The translations under genes were made by a program, and so were the position numbers. A DNA stretch of 63,945 bases, counting the filler, from an uncultured bacterium (GTDB taxonomy: Bacteria > Auribacterota > CAZIXI01), in the NCBI GenBank assembly GCA_964543115.1. It is 3 parts of 3 records of this genome, joined end to end, with 100 filler letters (N's around TTAATTAATTAA, not from the genome) between each part and the next. Parts side by side here need not be neighbours in the genome. Positions count along the whole stretch, not along the records: positions 28,463 to 56,475 come from CAZIXI010000010.1; 2 more parts are not named here. One strand, written 5' to 3'. This document shows, in pieces, positions 40,471 through 49,408 of this stretch (positions within the stretch are counted from its first letter, which is position 1; each line of letters begins with the position of its first letter). Below the pieces are notes generated by a model that searched no databases, was not told where the DNA came from, and saw only the letters and a list, made by a program, of their open reading frames with translations.

Positions 40471-42177
40471 TCAAGTAACCTTGGCTACTTCCTCTATTGT
40501 CGTATCACCTTTAAATATTTTCTGCAAGCCACTATCCAGCAGCGAACTCATACCCAGTTCGCGCGCTTTCTGCCTGATCGTTACTGTGGGTGCCCGATCA
40601 AGCACCAGGTTCCTGATCGAATCATTAAGCACCAGTATTTCATAAATACCCGTTCGCCCCTTATAACCGGTATAGTTGCAGGCGGAACATCCTTTACCAT
40701 AATAAAAATCTTTTCCCCCAACCAGTTCCCGGCTTAACCCCAGCTCTGAGAGCATTTCCGCCGAAGGCGTAAACTTCTCCCGGCACAAGGCACAAATCTT
40801 ACGCACCAGTCGTTGCGCAATTACTGTTTCTAAGGTTGAAATAATCAAGAACGGCTCAAGCCCCATATCAATTAATCTGGTAATGGCTTCCGGGGCATCA
40901 TTGGTGTGCAAGGTGGAAAGCACAAGGTGACCGGTCAATGATGACTGGACGGCCATCTGCGCCGTTCCCAGGTCCCTGATCTCTCCTACCATTATCTTAT
41001 CGGGATCCTGACGCAGAATATGGCGCAGACAGCGGGCAAAGGTGAGCCCGATCTCTTCCCGAATACCTATCTGTATCACTCCGTCAATATCGTATTCTAC
41101 CGGATCTTCGGTTGTAATCACCTTCGTGGCCACCTGATTGATCACTTTCAGGCAGGAATATAGTGTGGTTGTTTTACCGGCGCCGGTAGGACCGGTAACA
41201 ATAATAATCCCGTTGGGACGCAGAATTAGATCTTTTATCTGCACCAGTTCTTCCTGCTCTAAACCCAATTGTTCCAGTTCCAGGCCCACAACGGATTTAT
41301 CCAATACGCGCATGACAATGCTTTCACCAAATGTGGTGGGCAAGGTGGAGATTCTCAATTCAATGTCGCGGCCATCAAGATGTATCTGGATCCGCCCGTC
41401 CTGCGGCAATCGGCGTTCGGCAATGTTCAGGTTAGCCATGACCTTGATCCGGGAACTGATGGCCAGGCTTAGACGTTTAGGCGGCGGTACCATTTCATAG
41501 AGGGCACCGTCCACCCGATAACGCACCTTATATTCATCTTCAAAAGGTTCAAAATGTATGTCACTCGCCCTGTCCCGGATTGCCTGGACGAGAATCAGGT
41601 TTAATAATTTTACTACCGGGGCGGCCTTGGCTAATTGTTCCAGACTGGCAATGTCCATTGTCTGCCAGTCACCCTCTCTCAATTCCGGCAGCTGCTGGCC
41701 CCGCTCCAGTTCCTTAAGGATGTCATCCATGTTCTCCCGGGAGCGGCCGTAATATTTGTCCAAGGCCTCATCAATCTGTGATTCATCGGCAATGAAACCG
41801 CGGATGTTCATCCCTAACATAAATCTTAAATCATCAAAGATAAAAGGATTTAACGGATCGGCCACAGCGACATTGAGAGTGTTACCTTTAACGGCCAGCG
41901 GTAAAAGCCGGTACAATCTGGCGGTTGAGGCGTTAACCAGGGCCAGGGCCTTGGGTTCAGCCACTATAGTATTCAAGTCCAACGGCTCCATCCCCACTTT
42001 CTCGCCGAGGATCTTTAACAACTGCGGACTGGTAATATGTCCGGCGGAAATAAGAACCTTGGCCATGGTCTTACCGGAACGGTTCCTTTCGTCAATCACC
42101 GCTTCCAGCTGGGCCGGATTCAGGAATCTTCTCTCTATAAGCGTTTCGTTAATATATTTTTCCAAACGACTTTCCAT
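40471..42177 (-). CDS. pilB: Type IV pilus extension ATPase PilB/GspE
   Basis: RASDIHFEP, ERRLPQDGRI, GPTGAGKTTTLY, TEDPVEY, LRQDPDKIMVGEIRD, tetra-Cys motif, GYKGRTGIYE. Confidence 0.93.
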   Translation of the reverse strand: MESRLEKYINETLIERRFLNPAQLEAVIDERNRSGKTMAKVLISAGHITSPQLLKILGEKVGMEPLDLNTIVAEPKALALVNASTARLYRLLPLAVKGNTLNVAVADPLNPFIFDDLRFMLGMNIRGFIADESQIDEALDKYYGRSRENMDDILKELERGQQLPELREGDWQTMDIASLEQLAKAAPVVKLLNLILVQAIRDRASDIHFEPFEDEYKVRYRVDGALYEMVPPPKRLSLAISSRIKVMANLNIAERRLPQDGRIQIHLDGRDIELRISTLPTTFGESIVMRVLDKSVVGLELEQLGLEQEELVQIKDLILRPNGIIIVTGPTGAGKTTTLYSCLKVINQVATKVITTEDPVEYDIDGVIQIGIREEIGLTFARCLRHILRQDPDKIMVGEIRDLGTAQMAVQSSLTGHLVLSTLHTNDAPEAITRLIDMGLEPFLIISTLETVIAQRLVRKICALCREKFTPSAEMLSELGLSRELVGGKDFYYGKGCSACNYTGYKGRTGIYEILVLNDSIRNLVLDRAPTVTIRQKARELGMSSLLDSGLQKIFKGDTTIEEVAKVT

Positions 42178-42179
42178 AA

Positions 42180-43238
42180 TTATTTTTTCTTCATCTTCAA
42201 CATAACCTGCTCGGAATCATTGCATTTGGCCATTAATTCTTCGTAGTTTATCTCGCCCTTCTCATAAAGACTCACTAAATATCCATCCAAGGTGACCATG
42301 CCGTAACGGGCACCTGTCTGGAGATCAGAGGTTATCCGGAAGGTTTTGTTTTCACGAATCAGATTCTGAATGCTCGATGTGCAAACCATCACCTCAAAAC
42401 CGGCAATCCGGCCGTCCCCGCTGGCGCGGGGGATAAGTATCTGACTAAGCACGGCTAACAGGGAAGATGATACCTGCATTCTGATCTGTTCCTGCTGGCT
42501 CGGCGGGAAAGCATCAATTATCCTGTCTACTGTACGGGCGGCACCGGTAGTATGGGTGGTGGCAAAAACCAAATGGCCGGTTTCCGCAGCAATAATCGCC
42601 GCTTCCATTGTAGGTAAATCACGCATTTCACCTACCAGCACCACATCGGGATCCTGCCGCAAACCGCGCATCAAGGCTTCACTAAAATTAGTTACATCTA
42701 CACCCACTTCCCGCTGGGTAACTATCCCGCGTTTATGTTCATGGAAATACTCTATCGGATCTTCAATGGTCAGAATATGGCAATCACGTTCCCGGTTGAT
42801 CATATCGATTAAACAGGCCAGGGTTGTGGTTTTACCGCAGCCCGTCGGACCGGTTACCAGAATAAGCCCTCGGGGTTTATAGATCAACTCTTTGAACACT
42901 GCCGGCAGGCCAATCTCTTCAAAGGTGAGCAATTGAACAGGAAGCATCCTCAGGGCCATACCGTAAAATCCTTTCTGTTTATACACGCTTACCCTGAACC
43001 GCGCCACTTCACCAAAAGAAAAACCGAAATCCGTACCGCCAAATTGCTCTACTTTCTGCATGTGTTCGTCAGGGGTAATGCTCTTAACATATTTTTCCGT
43101 ATCGGCGGGTTTTAACACATCAAGCTCTAATGATTCCAGGCGGCCGTTCACCCTCAATACCGGCGGCTTATGCACTGTCAGGTGCAGGTCACTGGCATTG
43201 TGCTTTACCACTAAGTCCAACAATTTGTTAATTTCCAT
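42180..43238 (-). CDS. pilT: Type IV pilus retraction ATPase PilT
   Basis: ASDLHL, GPTGCGKTTTLA, LRQDPDVVLVGEMRD, AETGHLV, IQNLIRE (AIRNLIRE-like); start moved to MEINKLL, which has an RBS. Confidence 0.92.
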   Translation of the reverse strand: MEINKLLDLVVKHNASDLHLTVHKPPVLRVNGRLESLELDVLKPADTEKYVKSITPDEHMQKVEQFGGTDFGFSFGEVARFRVSVYKQKGFYGMALRMLPVQLLTFEEIGLPAVFKELIYKPRGLILVTGPTGCGKTTTLACLIDMINRERDCHILTIEDPIEYFHEHKRGIVTQREVGVDVTNFSEALMRGLRQDPDVVLVGEMRDLPTMEAAIIAAETGHLVFATTHTTGAARTVDRIIDAFPPSQQEQIRMQVSSSLLAVLSQILIPRASGDGRIAGFEVMVCTSSIQNLIRENKTFRITSDLQTGARYGMVTLDGYLVSLYEKGEINYEELMAKCNDSEQVMLKMKKK

Positions 43239-43270
43239 AATAATCTCTCCTTTTCCCAGATGATTAGGGA

Positions 43271-43358
43271 ACACGAATTCCACGAATTAACGAATACCAC
43301 GAATAAAAAATTCTAATTAATATTTATGTAATTCGTCTATTCGTGCGGGCTTCGCCCG
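43271..43358. repeat. CACGAAT-type tandem/inverted intergenic element plus CGGGCTTCGCCCG hairpin
   Basis: acacgaattccacgaattaacgaataccacgaat ... attcgtctattcgtg cgggcttcgcccg. Confidence 0.6.
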
Positions 43359-43374
43359 TCGTCTTCTCTAATAA

Positions 43375-44205
43375 CTAACGTATGGCCCGACGCATAATGT
43401 TCACGGGGGGCTTTTTTCCCGTCCAGATTTGAAAACTTTCCGCGCCCTGATAGAGCAGCATACCTAAACCATTTACGGTTTTACAACCCTTGCTTTTGGC
43501 TGCCCGCAGCAGTTTTGTTTGCGCCGGATTGTAGATTAAATCATAAACCAATCTTCCGCGCGGCAGCATGTCCGCGGGAATACTGATCGGATCCTTTGGC
43601 GACAGACCCAGGGGAGTGGCATTTACGATCAAGTCACTGGCCGCTAAGGCAGCAGGCATTTTCGCTCCCGGTGCTAGGGTAACGGTTTGAGACCCGGGTA
43701 TCCTCCGGGCCAGACTTTTTGCCCGCCGCGATAATGTATCAACAATAAATATCTTTTTCACTCCCTGCAGGGCGGCCTGAACACCCACGGCATGACCGGC
43801 ACCGCCGGCGCCTAAGAGAAACATTGTTTTTCCCCGCACGTTAAAACCCGCGTCTTTTTTTAAAGACTTTAGAAACCCCAGGCCGTCGGTATTATGACCG
43901 GTAAGTTTTTCGCCCTCTACGGCCACGTTATTCACCGCCCCGATCATTTTTGCCGCCTTGGTAATTCTATCCAGATAAGGCATTATCGTCTGCTTATGTG
44001 GCACGGTAACGTTTATCCCAATAAATCCATATACCGAGAGCATAGAAACGGCAGTGCGCAAATCACGGGGATGAATGGAAAACGGCAAATACACATACGG
44101 CAGGCCAAGTGCGTTAAACGCGGCATTATGCATCTGGGGAGATACGGTATGTTTGACAGGATAGCCAAACAGCCCGGTTAGTTTTGTTGAGCCAGTTATC
44201 TTCAT
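43375..44205 (-). CDS. aroE: Shikimate dehydrogenase
   Basis: GYPVKHTVSPQMHN, NVTVPHK, GAVNN, NTDGLG, GAGGA, DLIYNP, NGLGMLLYQG. Confidence 0.95.
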   Translation of the reverse strand: MKITGSTKLTGLFGYPVKHTVSPQMHNAAFNALGLPYVYLPFSIHPRDLRTAVSMLSVYGFIGINVTVPHKQTIMPYLDRITKAAKMIGAVNNVAVEGEKLTGHNTDGLGFLKSLKKDAGFNVRGKTMFLLGAGGAGHAVGVQAALQGVKKIFIVDTLSRRAKSLARRIPGSQTVTLAPGAKMPAALAASDLIVNATPLGLSPKDPISIPADMLPRGRLVYDLIYNPAQTKLLRAAKSKGCKTVNGLGMLLYQGAESFQIWTGKKPPVNIMRRAIR

Positions 44206-44217
44206 TTATCCAACATT

Positions 44218-44285
44218 CCCCAAGCTTCGCTTGGGGCTGCTATTATATGAATGTATATAGACTGCCCCACACTGCAAGTGTGGGG
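44218..44285 (-). repeat. 48-bp element copy B plus a second CCCCA...TGGGG hairpin; possible MITE-like remnant
   Basis: ccccaagcttcgcttgggg ... ccccacactgcaagtgtgggg; matches 30888-30935 in inverted orientation. Confidence 0.65.
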
Positions 44286-44293
44286 TAATTACG

Positions 44294-45859
44294 CTACATT
44301 CGGTCAGGGGTTTGCCCGGCACGCGGTAACCTCTTTCGGGGCGCTTTTTTCTCCATGTAGACAAGCCGGTTAATGCCGTTTAAATAGGCCTTAACACTGG
44401 CCTCAATTATATCTGTACTGGACCCGCGGCCAATTATAAGATTCCCGCTGTGCGCGCGGATCTTCACGTTTACTTCACCAATAGCATCTTTACCGCCGGT
44501 AACTGCTTTCAGGCTGTAATCCTCCAGCTTTCCTTGCACTTTAGTAATACGGTCGATGGTCTTATAGGCCGCGTCTATCGGGCCGTCTCCGCAGGCGGCA
44601 TCTTCAAACAATTGTTTTCCTTTACGCAGCTGCACCGTTGCCGTAGGCACGGTGCGGTTGCCGCAGGTAACATTAAGATAAATCAATTCAAATGTTTCCG
44701 GCACCGCGGATAATTCCTCTTCAACTATCGCTTCCAGATCCTCATCGTAAATAGATTTTTTCTTATCGGCAAGCACTTTAAATTTCCTGAACGCCTTGTC
44801 TATTTCCGCATCTTTAAGTTTATGCCCCAACTGCTGTAATCTCACCTTGAAGGCGTGCCGGCCGCTGTGTTTACCCAAGACCAGCTTACTTTCCACTAAG
44901 CCGACGTCTTCCGGATGCATAATTTCATAGGTACTGCGTTTCTTTAATACACCATCTTGATGGATTCCGGCTTCATGCGCAAAAGCGTTTTCACCGACTA
45001 TGGCTTTATTCGGCTGTACGGGAATACCGGTTAACCGGCTGACCAGCCGGCTGCTCTTGGTTATCTGTTTTGTATCGATCCCTGTTTTTAAATGATATAA
45101 ATCCCGCCTGGTGGTCAAGGCCATCACTATCTCTTCTAACGAAGCATTACCGGCACGTTCACCTATACCGTTAATCGTACATTCAACTTGCCGGGCGCCA
45201 TTGGCTACGGCGGCTAAAGAGTTGGCTACCGCTAAACCCAAATCATTATGACAATGGACACTTAAGGCAATATCATCGATCCCCGGGGTATTTTCCTTGA
45301 GCCAGCGGATCAGGCCGCCAAATTCACAAGGAATGGAATAACCAACGGTATCCGGAATATTAACAGTGGTGGCGCCGGCTTTAATCACAGCGGCAACAAC
45401 TTCAGAGAGGAATTCCGGTTCGGTCCTGGCGGCGGCTGCCGGTGAAAATTCGATGTCCTTACAAAATTGTTTGGCGTACTTGACCGCCGCTATCGCCTGC
45501 CGTAATATCTCTTTTTCCGGTTTGCGCAGTTTGTATTTCATGTGCACTTTTGAAGTGGCTAAAAAGACATGGATCCGCGCCTGTTTCGCGTATTTCAAGG
45601 CTTCGGCGGCACGATTAATATCTTTATTCACTGCCCGGGCCAATCCGCAAATAGTCGCTCCCTTGATCTCTTTACTGACTAATTTTACCGCTTCAAAATC
45701 TCCCGGACTGGCTATGGGAAAACCCGCTTCAATAACATCTACTCCCAGCCGCACCAACTGCCGCGCTATATCCAGTTTCTCCCGTATCCCTAAACTGGCG
45801 CCCGGACTCTGCTCCCCGTCCCGTAAGGTGGTATCGAATACAATAATCTTATTTTTCAT
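44294..45859 (-). CDS. leuA: 2-isopropylmalate synthase
   Basis: [40 protein letters not shown]-terminal regulatory domain; atypical EFSPAAAAR motif (see findings). Confidence 0.93.
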   Translation of the reverse strand: MKNKIIVFDTTLRDGEQSPGASLGIREKLDIARQLVRLGVDVIEAGFPIASPGDFEAVKLVSKEIKGATICGLARAVNKDINRAAEALKYAKQARIHVFLATSKVHMKYKLRKPEKEILRQAIAAVKYAKQFCKDIEFSPAAAARTEPEFLSEVVAAVIKAGATTVNIPDTVGYSIPCEFGGLIRWLKENTPGIDDIALSVHCHNDLGLAVANSLAAVANGARQVECTINGIGERAGNASLEEIVMALTTRRDLYHLKTGIDTKQITKSSRLVSRLTGIPVQPNKAIVGENAFAHEAGIHQDGVLKKRSTYEIMHPEDVGLVESKLVLGKHSGRHAFKVRLQQLGHKLKDAEIDKAFRKFKVLADKKKSIYDEDLEAIVEEELSAVPETFELIYLNVTCGNRTVPTATVQLRKGKQLFEDAACGDGPIDAAYKTIDRITKVQGKLEDYSLKAVTGGKDAIGEVNVKIRAHSGNLIIGRGSSTDIIEASVKAYLNGINRLVYMEKKAPRKRLPRAGQTPDRM

Positions 45860-45880
45860 AAATTACCTCTTTTTACAACC

Positions 45881-45932
45881 AGCGACTAGCGACCCGCCTG
45901 CGCCAAGGCTTCGGCGGGCAAGCTAGCGACTA
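45881..45932. repeat. AGCGACT heptamers flanking a CCGCC...GGCGG hairpin
   Basis: agcgactagcgac ccgcctgcgccaaggcttcggcggg caagctagcgacta. Confidence 0.55.
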
Positions 45933-46922
45933 TTTTTTAATCCAGGGCATCATCTTGCGCAGTTTTGCCCCTACCCGCTCGACCAAATGATCAGCGTCTT
46001 TTCTTAATAAAGAATTGTATACCGGCCGGTTGGCGTGATTCTCTAATATCCATTCCCGGGCAAATTCTCCGTTCTGGATCTCTGCTAATATCCACTTCAT
46101 CTCTTCACGGGTCTCTTCGGTGATAATCCTTCTGCCGCGGGTAATATCACCGTATTTTGCCGTTTCACTGATCGAGGCGCGCATCCCGGAAATGCCTTTC
46201 TCGTAAATTAAATCCACAATGAGTTTCAGCTCGTGCAAACATTCAAAATAGGCCACTTCCGGCTGGTAACCGGCTTCCACCAGGGTATCATAACCCGCGC
46301 GGATAAGTTCGCTTGTCCCGCCACAAAGCACTACCTGTTCCCCAAAAAGATCCGTTTCCGTCTCTTCCTGGAAGGTTGTCTCTAGTACGCCGGCCTTGGT
46401 ACCGCCAATGGCTTTGGCGTGGGCCAGGGCGATTTTCTTGGCATTCTTACTGGCGTCCTGATACACGGCGATCAAACACGGCACACCTACTCCTTCCTGG
46501 TATACACGCCGAACCAGATGTCCGGGACCTTTCGGGGCCACCATGTACACATCAATATTTGCCGGCGGAACGATCTGGCCATAATGGATATTAAAGCCGT
46601 GTGAAAATACCAGCGCCATTCCTTTAGATAAGTTTGGTTCAATAAACTTTTTATACACCGCTCCCTGAACAACATCGGGTACCAGCAGGTGCACTATATC
46701 CGCCTGTTTTGTGGCCAGATCAGCGCTGACGGGTTTAAACCCGAGTTTTTTGGCTAACTCAAAGTTTTTCGTGCCCGGAACTTCGGCAACGATTACCTTT
46801 ACCCCGCTATCCCTTAAATTCTGGGCCTGGGCGTGTCCCTGAGAGCCAAAACCAATTACAGCAATCTTTTTCTTTTTTAGCAGATTAAGATTAGCGTCCT
46901 TATCATAGTACATCTTTGCCAT
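45930..46922 (-). CDS. ilvC: Ketol-acid reductoisomerase
   Basis: [53 protein letters not shown]. Confidence 0.97.
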   Translation of the reverse strand: MAKMYYDKDANLNLLKKKKIAVIGFGSQGHAQAQNLRDSGVKVIVAEVPGTKNFELAKKLGFKPVSADLATKQADIVHLLVPDVVQGAVYKKFIEPNLSKGMALVFSHGFNIHYGQIVPPANIDVYMVAPKGPGHLVRRVYQEGVGVPCLIAVYQDASKNAKKIALAHAKAIGGTKAGVLETTFQEETETDLFGEQVVLCGGTSELIRAGYDTLVEAGYQPEVAYFECLHELKLIVDLIYEKGISGMRASISETAKYGDITRGRRIITEETREEMKWILAEIQNGEFAREWILENHANRPVYNSLLRKDADHLVERVGAKLRKMMPWIKK

Positions 46923-46924
46923 GA

Positions 46925-47398
46925 CTACCTCCTGGTTATCGCTATTTTTCCCGTTCTCACTAATTCTTTTATACCAAACGGTTTCATCATATCAACAAAG
47001 GCATCGGCCTTCTTTTCCGCGCCGGTGATTTCCATGGTCAGGCTCGCGGGACTGACATCTACTATTTTTGCCCGGAAAATATCCACGATCTGCATTATCT
47101 CCGACCTGGTCTTCGCCGTGCTGTTTACCTTAACCAACACCAGTTCCCGGTCAACATGCTCTTTTCCCGATAGATCCTGAACCTTAATAACATCAATTAA
47201 TTTGTTCAGTTGTTTAGTTATCTGTTCCAAAACCTTTTCATCGCCGTGGGCAACAATAATCATCCGCGAGGCCTTCGGATCCTGGGTCTCCCCCACCGAC
47301 AGACTGTCAATATTGAATCCCCGCCCGCTAAACAATCCCGCAATCCTCGCCAACACCCCCGGCTTATTCTCAACCAACACTGATATCGTATGCTTCAT
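46925..47398 (-). CDS. ilvN: Acetolactate synthase small (regulatory) subunit
   Basis: [33 protein letters not shown]; start reassigned to the ATG with a GGAGG RBS. Confidence 0.95.
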   Translation of the reverse strand: MKHTISVLVENKPGVLARIAGLFSGRGFNIDSLSVGETQDPKASRMIIVAHGDEKVLEQITKQLNKLIDVIKVQDLSGKEHVDRELVLVKVNSTAKTRSEIMQIVDIFRAKIVDVSPASLTMEITGAEKKADAFVDMMKPFGIKELVRTGKIAITRR

Positions 47399-47464
47399 AT
47401 AACCTCCATTATTCTTAATGAAATAAAACGAGAAACGACGGCTAAAGCCGACGAACAACGGCTT

Positions 47465-49147
47465 TTAAGCCATCCCCCCGATCATCTGCGTCAGGCTCGC
47501 GCCTGCCGGCACCATCGGGAATACATTTTCTTCTTTGGCAACATGAAAATCCATAACTACCGGTCCTTTGGCGGCCAGGGCCTTTTTCAGGGCCGGAACA
47601 ACGTCTTTCTTTTTGGTTACCCTGATCCCAACAGCACCGTAGGCCTCGGCTATTTTAACGAAATCAGGATAATGTTTACCCGTTTCCCGGCAGGCCAGAC
47701 AGGTACCGGCATAACGTTTACCGTAGAACAATTCCTGCCATTGCCGGACCATACCCAGATAGGTATTGTTGAGTATCGCTATCTTAACGGGGATTTTATG
47801 GCTGACCACTGTGGCCAGTTCCTGAATGTTCATCTGGATACTGCCGTCACCGGCAATATCAAAGACAACTCTATCCGGACAGCCGACCTTGGCACCAATT
47901 GCCGCCGGGAAACCATACCCCATAGTACCTAAACCGCCGCTGGAAAGTAATGAACGCGGCTGGGTATAGGTATAAAACTGTGCCGCCCACATCTGGTTCT
48001 GGCCGACTTCGGTGGAAATGATCGCCTTGCCTTTGGTAACTTCATTAATCTTTTCAACGATATATTGCGGCTTCAGTCCCTTGCCCTGGTCATAAGTTAA
48101 AGGATATTTTTTCTTCCATTGACTGACTTTCTTCGTCCAATCCTTATAATCCCCTTTTTTGACTATCTTATTTAACTGGGTCAACACCTTCTTGGCGTCA
48201 CCAACAACAGGAATCTGCACCTTGACACTTTTACTTATCGCCGTGGGATCGATATCAATATGGATAAATTTCGCGTGCGGCGCGAATTCACTGAGTTTAC
48301 CGGTAACCCGGTCGTCAAACCGCGCACCGACTGAAATGATCAAATCGGATTCCATAACCGCGTAATTCGCATAGCGCGATCCGTGCATCCCCAGCATTTT
48401 CAGGCTTAACGGGCTGGATTCGGGAAAGGCACCCAGTCCCAACAGGGTGGTGGTTACCGGTATCCCGGTCTTATCCACTAATTCCTTCAGTTCTTTGGCC
48501 GCTCCGGAAATAATAACTCCGCCGCCGGCATAGATTAACGGCCGTTTCGCTTCCCGGATGGCTGCCGCTACTTTCTGGATCTGTTTGATGTGCCCTTCGT
48601 ACGTAGGATGATATCCCTGCATATCAACTGTCTTGGGATAGCGGGCACTGGTTTCGTTTTTTTGGATGTCTTTTGGAATATCAATCAGTACCGGGCCGGG
48701 CCGGCCGGTACGGGCGATATGAAACGCCTCTTTAATTGTCCGCGGCAGAATATTTACGTCTTTAACCAAATAGTTGTGTTTTGTAATCGGCCTGGTAATA
48801 CCGGTAATATCCGCTTCCTGAAAGGCATCGTTACCAATCATCGATGTGGGTACCTGCCCGGTAATGGCCACTATCGGAACCGAATCCATATAGGCAGTGG
48901 CAATGCCGGTAACCAGATTTGTGGCGCCCGGGCCGGAGGTGGCGATACAAACCCCGACCTTGCCTGTTGCCCGCGCGTAACCGTCAGCGGCATGGGCCGC
49001 CGCCTGCTCGTGCCGCACCAGGATGAAGCGGATACCGGATTTTTCCAGCGCGTCAAAGATATCCAGCACCGCGCCGCCCGGATAGCCAAAAACAACCTCA
49101 ACCTTTTCTTTTTCCAGACAATCAATAATCAGTTCTGCTCCACGCAT
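47465..49147 (-). CDS. ilvB: Acetolactate synthase large subunit
   Basis: [43 protein letters not shown] motif GDGSIQM...NN, GMVRQWQ. Confidence 0.97.
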   Translation of the reverse strand: MRGAELIIDCLEKEKVEVVFGYPGGAVLDIFDALEKSGIRFILVRHEQAAAHAADGYARATGKVGVCIATSGPGATNLVTGIATAYMDSVPIVAITGQVPTSMIGNDAFQEADITGITRPITKHNYLVKDVNILPRTIKEAFHIARTGRPGPVLIDIPKDIQKNETSARYPKTVDMQGYHPTYEGHIKQIQKVAAAIREAKRPLIYAGGGVIISGAAKELKELVDKTGIPVTTTLLGLGAFPESSPLSLKMLGMHGSRYANYAVMESDLIISVGARFDDRVTGKLSEFAPHAKFIHIDIDPTAISKSVKVQIPVVGDAKKVLTQLNKIVKKGDYKDWTKKVSQWKKKYPLTYDQGKGLKPQYIVEKINEVTKGKAIISTEVGQNQMWAAQFYTYTQPRSLLSSGGLGTMGYGFPAAIGAKVGCPDRVVFDIAGDGSIQMNIQELATVVSHKIPVKIAILNNTYLGMVRQWQELFYGKRYAGTCLACRETGKHYPDFVKIAEAYGAVGIRVTKKKDVVPALKKALAAKGPVVMDFHVAKEENVFPMVPAGASLTQMIGGMA

Positions 49148-49194
49148 AGTAATCTCCTTTTATTAATAGTATGTATAATAAATTTTAAGCGTTT

Positions 49195-49224
49195 ATTATA
49201 TAATTACTTGAAAAGGTTTGTCAA
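49195..49224 (-). promoter_or_regulatory. Sigma70 promoter upstream of ilvB
   Basis: Minus strand TTGACA-N18-TATAAT, about 48 nt upstream of the ATG. Confidence 0.65.
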
Positions 49225-49267
49225 TGGGAAAAGAATGAATAATTAAGCGGGTCAGGACTGCTTCGCT

Positions 49268-49350
49268 GTCATCCCGCGGTTTGACCGCGGGATCCAGTAG
49301 TATTTGCGATGTATTTATTTCTGGATCCCGCGGTCAAGCCGCGGGATGAC
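49268..49350. repeat. 83-bp compound palindrome (REP/Rickettsia RPE-like element)
   Basis: Arms gtcatcccgcggtttgaccgcgggatccag and ctggatcccgcggtcaagccgcgggatgac: 30-bp inverted repeat with one mismatch; each arm is itself a hairpin. Confidence 0.8.
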
Positions 49351-49408
49351 AAAAAACTATTTTGCAAAACCCTTATAGAAATAAATAAAATAAGGGAATA
49401 TTTTAATA

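Noticed and set aside
49148..49195. Leader-peptide attenuator for the ilv-leu operon
   Set aside because: The leader is short and AT-rich, with no Leu/Ile/Val-rich mini-ORF or terminator hairpin visible.
45366..49246. Plus-strand ORFs 45366-45926, 47390-47932 and 48590-49246
   Set aside because: Antisense shadows of the highly conserved leuA, ilvN and ilvB genes.
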